Shown in pieces: positions 23,992 through 24,922 of a stretch of DNA of 24,922 nucleotides. The stretch comes from a bacterium (lineage in GTDB: Bacteria > Patescibacteriota > CPR2 > UBA1875 > JAJYID01), in contig JAKANV010000001.1 of assembly GCA_021823605.1 (NCBI GenBank), positions 1 through 24,922 of the forward strand. The letters run 5' to 3'. The notes beneath the pieces were generated by a model, which had not been told where the DNA came from, searched no databases, and was given only the letters and a program-made list of their open reading frames with translations. A program made the translations under genes and the position numbers. Every line of letters begins with the position of its first letter. Position 1 is the stretch's first letter.

Positions 23992-24922
23992 TTAAAAACC
24001 CCTCATTGCGAGTCCAACAGCCACAGCAAAATCTGTGGCACTGGAGTTTAGTTGATTTGTTATGTCGGGTTTGTGTGCTACCATTCCCCAAGGATTACCA
24101 TAAACAACATTAACACCCAAGCTTTCCGTAAGAAAGCCTTGAATTCCTAAAGTTCTTGATCCCCCGCCTGTAATCTTTATAAGAGGAACATTCTCACCGA
24201 ATTGGTCTGAATAATATTTCATCGATCTGTCAATTTCTTCTTTTAAATTATGCAAAATTGATTTTGACGCCTTATAAAGCTGGCCTTCCATTTTGTCCTG
24301 TTCTATACCAAACTTTATTTTAAACTGCTCTGCCTGTGACTCTTCCATCCCCAGACTTTGTGCTATTGCTCTTGTTATGACCTGCCCACCAACAGGGATA
24401 GACCTTATAAGGGAAGCTATACCGTTTTTTACCACAGTTATCTCGGATAGGTAAGTGCCTATGTCAACTATCATGTACAATGGTTCGCTAGTAGCCAACG
24501 ATCTGGCGGCAGCAATCGCATTAATTTCAACTGCGCTAAGTTCTAAACCAGCTTCTTCACAGATGTCCATCATTTTTTGAGTTTTTGAGATGGGAGCCGC
24601 AATAATCATAACCAAAACCTGATCCTTAGACGGAACTTCTCCAATAATCTGCCAATCAATTTTCACATCAGAAATCTTAAGCGGAATGTTTTGTTCAGCC
24701 TGATAACTTATAGCTTTTTTCAGTTCTGATGCGGGCATTTTGGGAAGAGAAATGACCGTTGTAAAAACGGCGCTACCCGGCAAAGAAACCATAACATTCT
24801 TGGTTACTAAATGCATAGAATGTATAAGCTTTTTTATTTCTTCTGCCAGCTTTTTCTTGTCAATATTACTATCACTTTGTGAAACCCCCTCCGGCACTGG
24901 CGCGCTGCCAAAAGATGATCGG
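23992..24922 (-). CDS. pilM: Type IV pilus assembly protein PilM (actin/FtsA-like); 5'-partial
   Basis: Frame is open to the window edge (...RSSFGSAPVPEG...); QAEQNIP, IDWQ, IVDIGTYLSEI, RSIPVGGQVIT, ITGGGS and AVAVGLAMRG motifs. Confidence 0.95.
   Translation of the reverse strand, partial: RSSFGSAPVPEGVSQSDSNIDKKKLAEEIKKLIHSMHLVTKNVMVSLPGSAVFTTVISLPKMPASELKKAISYQAEQNIPLKISDVKIDWQIIGEVPSKDQVLVMIIAAPISKTQKMMDICEEAGLELSAVEINAIAAARSLATSEPLYMIVDIGTYLSEITVVKNGIASLIRSIPVGGQVITRAIAQSLGMEESQAEQFKIKFGIEQDKMEGQLYKASKSILHNLKEEIDRSMKYYSDQFGENVPLIKITGGGSRTLGIQGFLTESLGVNVVYGNPWGMVAHKPDITNQLNSSATDFAVAVGLAMRGF

Noticed and set aside
1-24922. tRNA, rRNA, riboswitch, IS or prophage
   Set aside because: All intergenic gaps are under about 125 bp and are accounted for by promoters or terminators; no such signatures were seen.

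Overview
Complete type IVa pilus and DNA-uptake locus, mostly on the minus strand: pilM(partial)-pilN-pilO-small pilP-like-pilB-pilT-pilC-pilA, then two LamG-domain pilins, pilD and four minor pilins (fimU/pilV/pilW/pilX-like). It ends with a Xer-type tyrosine recombinase (+ strand) and a split ComEC: a membrane channel gene plus a separate metallo-beta-lactamase gene that the ORF track missed. A six-gene glycosylation cassette (10010-17904) sits on the + strand between pilA and the LamG pilins: O-antigen-ligase/TPR protein, WbaP/WcaJ-type initiating transferase, Wzx flippase, SAM methyltransferase and two GT4 enzymes. There is no pilQ between pilO/P and pilB, ComEC is split and spacing is compact, which suggests a Patescibacteria (CPR) chromosome. 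This is an inference. TGA is used as a stop, so the code is table 11, not 25. Most notable: (1) a probable dedicated pilin O-glycosylation pathway; (2) minor pilins carrying candidate sugar-binding or adhesive modules (bulb-type lectin, two LamG heads, six Gly-rich repeats of a type I recall from phage virion proteins); (3) four genes with a -10 box exactly 6 nt before an SD-less ATG, implying leaderless mRNAs. All family calls come from motif recognition by eye. No searches were run.
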